DNA of 63,951 nucleotides, filler included, from Octopus bimaculoides (Eukaryota): NCBI RefSeq assembly GCF_001194135.2. It is 6 parts of 6 records of this genome, joined end to end, with 100 filler letters (N's around TTAATTAATTAA, not from the genome) between each part and the next. Parts side by side here need not be neighbours in the genome. Positions count along the whole stretch, not along the records: positions 60,076 to 63,951 come from NC_068981.1; 5 more parts are not named here. One strand, written 5' to 3'. Positions 61,749-63,951 of the stretch are shown here, piece after piece (position 1 is the first letter of the stretch; each line of letters opens with the position of its first letter). The position numbers and the translations under genes were made by a program. The notes beneath the pieces were generated by a model. The model saw only the letters and a program-made list of their open reading frames with translations. It was not told where the DNA came from and did no database searches.

Positions 61749-62294
61749 TATAAGTGGGTGGAACATTTAGTAGGCACGGCAACAGAATTTTTATTTTTTT
61801 TTCCCCCTGTTAATCTTCAGTTTAAGAATACACCCACAGCTTTTTTCCGTCACCTCTTTCACAATCAATTTCAGATAAATAAAGACAAAAATCACCAATT
61901 CACATATTTACTAATTCAGTTGTATGCCACCAATGCAGAAAAGAGTTCCGCAACATTTTAACACTTGCAGTACACTTGTATTCTTTTCAGAATTCACCGG
62001 CACACCTGACCTAAAAACATAACTAAAAGTATAAGGAAAAAAATATATTCAGGCTACACTGTGGCACACCTAGCCTTGCCTTGTGGCACACCAGTGTGCT
62101 GCAGCAGACCGGTTGCAGAGCACTGATATAGATCAGTTGTTCTCAACCAGGGTCCATGTAAGATTTTGTTGTTGAAATTTATGTCTAATAAATTGGTTAT
62201 ACTTCTACCATACACAAAATGTTTCAATTTTCTTTATATAATTCCCTAATAATATTTAATTCTAAAAATATGATGGGATTTTTTTTTTAATTGA

Positions 62295-62757
62295 AATCGT
62301 AATGGCACCTGTACCAGTGGAGCACTAAGAGCACTGTCCAAGCGTGATCATTGCCAGAGCAGCTGTCTGGCTTCCGTGCCAGTGGCACGTAAATAGCACC
62401 ATTTGAGTGTCGCCTTATTGGCACTTGTGCCGATGGTATGTGAAAAATTATTCGAGCGGGGTCGTTGCCAGTGCCGCTGGACTGGCTCCTGCGCAGGTGG
62501 CACATAAAATAAACCATTTTGAGCGTGGCCGTTGCCAGTACTGCCTGACTGGCCCTTGTGCCGGTGGCACGTAAAAGCCCCCACTACACTCTCGGAGTGG
62601 TTGGCGTTAGGAACGGCAGCCAGCTGTAGAAACTCTGCCAAATCAGATTGGAGCATGGTGCAGCCATCTGGTTCGCCAGTCCTCAGTCAAATCGTCCAAC
62701 CCATGCTAGCATGGAAAGTGGATGTTAAACGATGATGATGATGATGATGATGATGAA
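62295..62757 (+). mobile_element. SINE family E with internal imperfect tandem repeats and (GAT)n tail
   Basis: Repeated TTGCCAG...CTGG...GTGGCAC(G/A)TAAA...CCATTTGAG units, then CTCTCGGAGTGGTTGGCGTTAGGAA..CAGCTGTAGAAAC and ...GTTAAACGATGATGATG. The same tail occurs at 12899-12940. Confidence 0.8.
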
Positions 62758-62776
62758 TTACTTTTTCAACATAGGT

Positions 62777-63167
62777 ACATGTGTAGCTATGTGGTAAGAA
62801 GCTTGCTTTCCAACCGCATAGTTCTGGGTTCAGTCCCATTGTGTGGCACTTTGGGCAAGTGTCTTCTACTAGAGCCTCGGGTTGACCAAGCCTTGTGAGT
62901 GGATTTAGTAGACAGAAACTGAAAGGAAGCCCTTCTTACGTATATATGGTTCTATATCTTTCTGTTTGTCCCCCATCACCACTTGACAGCCAGTGTTGGT
63001 GTGTTTACATCCCCCATACCTTAGCAGCTCAGTAAAAGAGACTGATATAGTAAGTACCAGGCTTTAAAGAAAAATAAGTACGAGGATGAGTCAATTGACG
63101 AAGTATTCTTCAAGGCAGTGCCCCAGCATGGCCGCAGTCTAATGACCGAAACAAGTAGAAGATAGAA
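62777..63167 (+). mobile_element. SINE family A, full length
   Basis: Head, CORE-like block and tail; central microsatellite short. Confidence 0.88.
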
Positions 63168-63363
63168 GAGGTTATACAGGGTGTGGCAGAAAAGCCTCCC
63201 ATATTTTACTTGGTCATTTGTGTGATGCCAATGGCAGATGGTAAGGATGTCTTCATGTAAATATTTTTGGGAGTGGGGTGAGTCAGACACCACCATGATT
63301 TGAACCAGTGCATGCTGCAGTTGCTTTCAAAATGCTTGTCAACCTATAAAATGGAGGCGATTC

Positions 63364-63394
<31 letters not shown>

Positions 63395-63758
63395 CATCCT
63401 GTACCCAGTAACATTCACAATTGGATTTGTGTAATGTCATTTAATTTTTGTACAATTTGAAGGGTGTACATTTAATCTCGAATGGACTTTCATATCATGA
63501 ATTATTCAATTTTAGATTGATAGATGGGAGTGGGGGAGAGAATGGAAAGAAGGAAAAAGATAGCAGGAGAAAAAAGATAATACTTGTGTAACTAGTATTC
63601 TCTGACCTGCACCACCCCCCAAAAAAAAAGTTCAAAGTGAAACTTTATGTATTTGTGTTTAAAAAATCCAATATGTCTGTAATCTCAGCCTGTGTTATAG
63701 GGAACAGTGGAAAATATGGATATGAATATCAATAGTTAGTTAAGATTTAAGTAGAAAA

Positions 63759-63813
<55 letters not shown>

Positions 63814-63951
63814 TTATGTTTGACTTTTGTTTTGCATTTGTACAAGTTGGATCCAAGTCTCACCCAGAGACCTCAAGAGACAACAAGTTAGAAGTTCATG
63901 TAGGTGTTATGCCTAGGGTACCATATATTTGGATTTGTACAGTTTTGTTCA

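Noticed and set aside
57808-62160. hAT-like termini (CAGGGCTTCTCAA at about 57810, CAGTTGTTCTCAAC at about 62133, GGTTGCAGAGCACTG at about 62110)
   Set aside because: Probably old hAT MITE ends, but I could not pair TIRs or find TSDs, so no element is called.
62300-62580. Spaced ~65-bp repeats as a CRISPR-like array
   Set aside because: The units are contiguous degenerate tandem repeats inside a eukaryotic SINE, with no unique spacers or cas genes.
63176-63350. TA-CAGGGTGTGGCAGAAAAG Tc1-like TIR and downstream sequence
   Set aside because: No partner TIR or convincing transposase motif within the window.

Overview
AT-rich, microsatellite-saturated eukaryotic DNA from a gapped draft assembly. 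It is most likely intronic or intergenic DNA of an octopus (coleoid cephalopod); that is an inference from the tRNA-derived SINE families and repeat style. I find no confidently identifiable host gene, tRNA, rRNA or CRISPR array. Nearly all long ORFs in the track are artefacts of N-gaps and microsatellites. The window is a layered transposon graveyard: (i) at least five SINE families (A-E are my own labels); (ii) non-LTR retroelement fragments from the R4/Dong-like, a second RLE-type, RTE, L1/Tx1-like and Penelope-like groups; (iii) mariner and Tigger/pogo remnants and several MITEs. Best leads: a SINE whose 3' terminus matches that of an L1/Tx1-like LINE in the same window; the same SINE forming head-to-tail dimers with the same junction at two loci, one flanked by a perfect 30-bp TSD; minimal hammerhead-ribozyme-like cores in Penelope-type remnants, one inside an 80-bp hairpin; a twin-priming-like inversion in an RTE LINE; a cluster of Dong fragments in (TAA)n; and two possible orphan exons, one ankyrin-like. 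Five N44-TTAATTAATTAA-N44 blocks are artificial joins, so adjacency across them is unproven. All family assignments come from motif recognition by eye, not database searches, and element boundaries are approximate unless a TSD or TIR is given.
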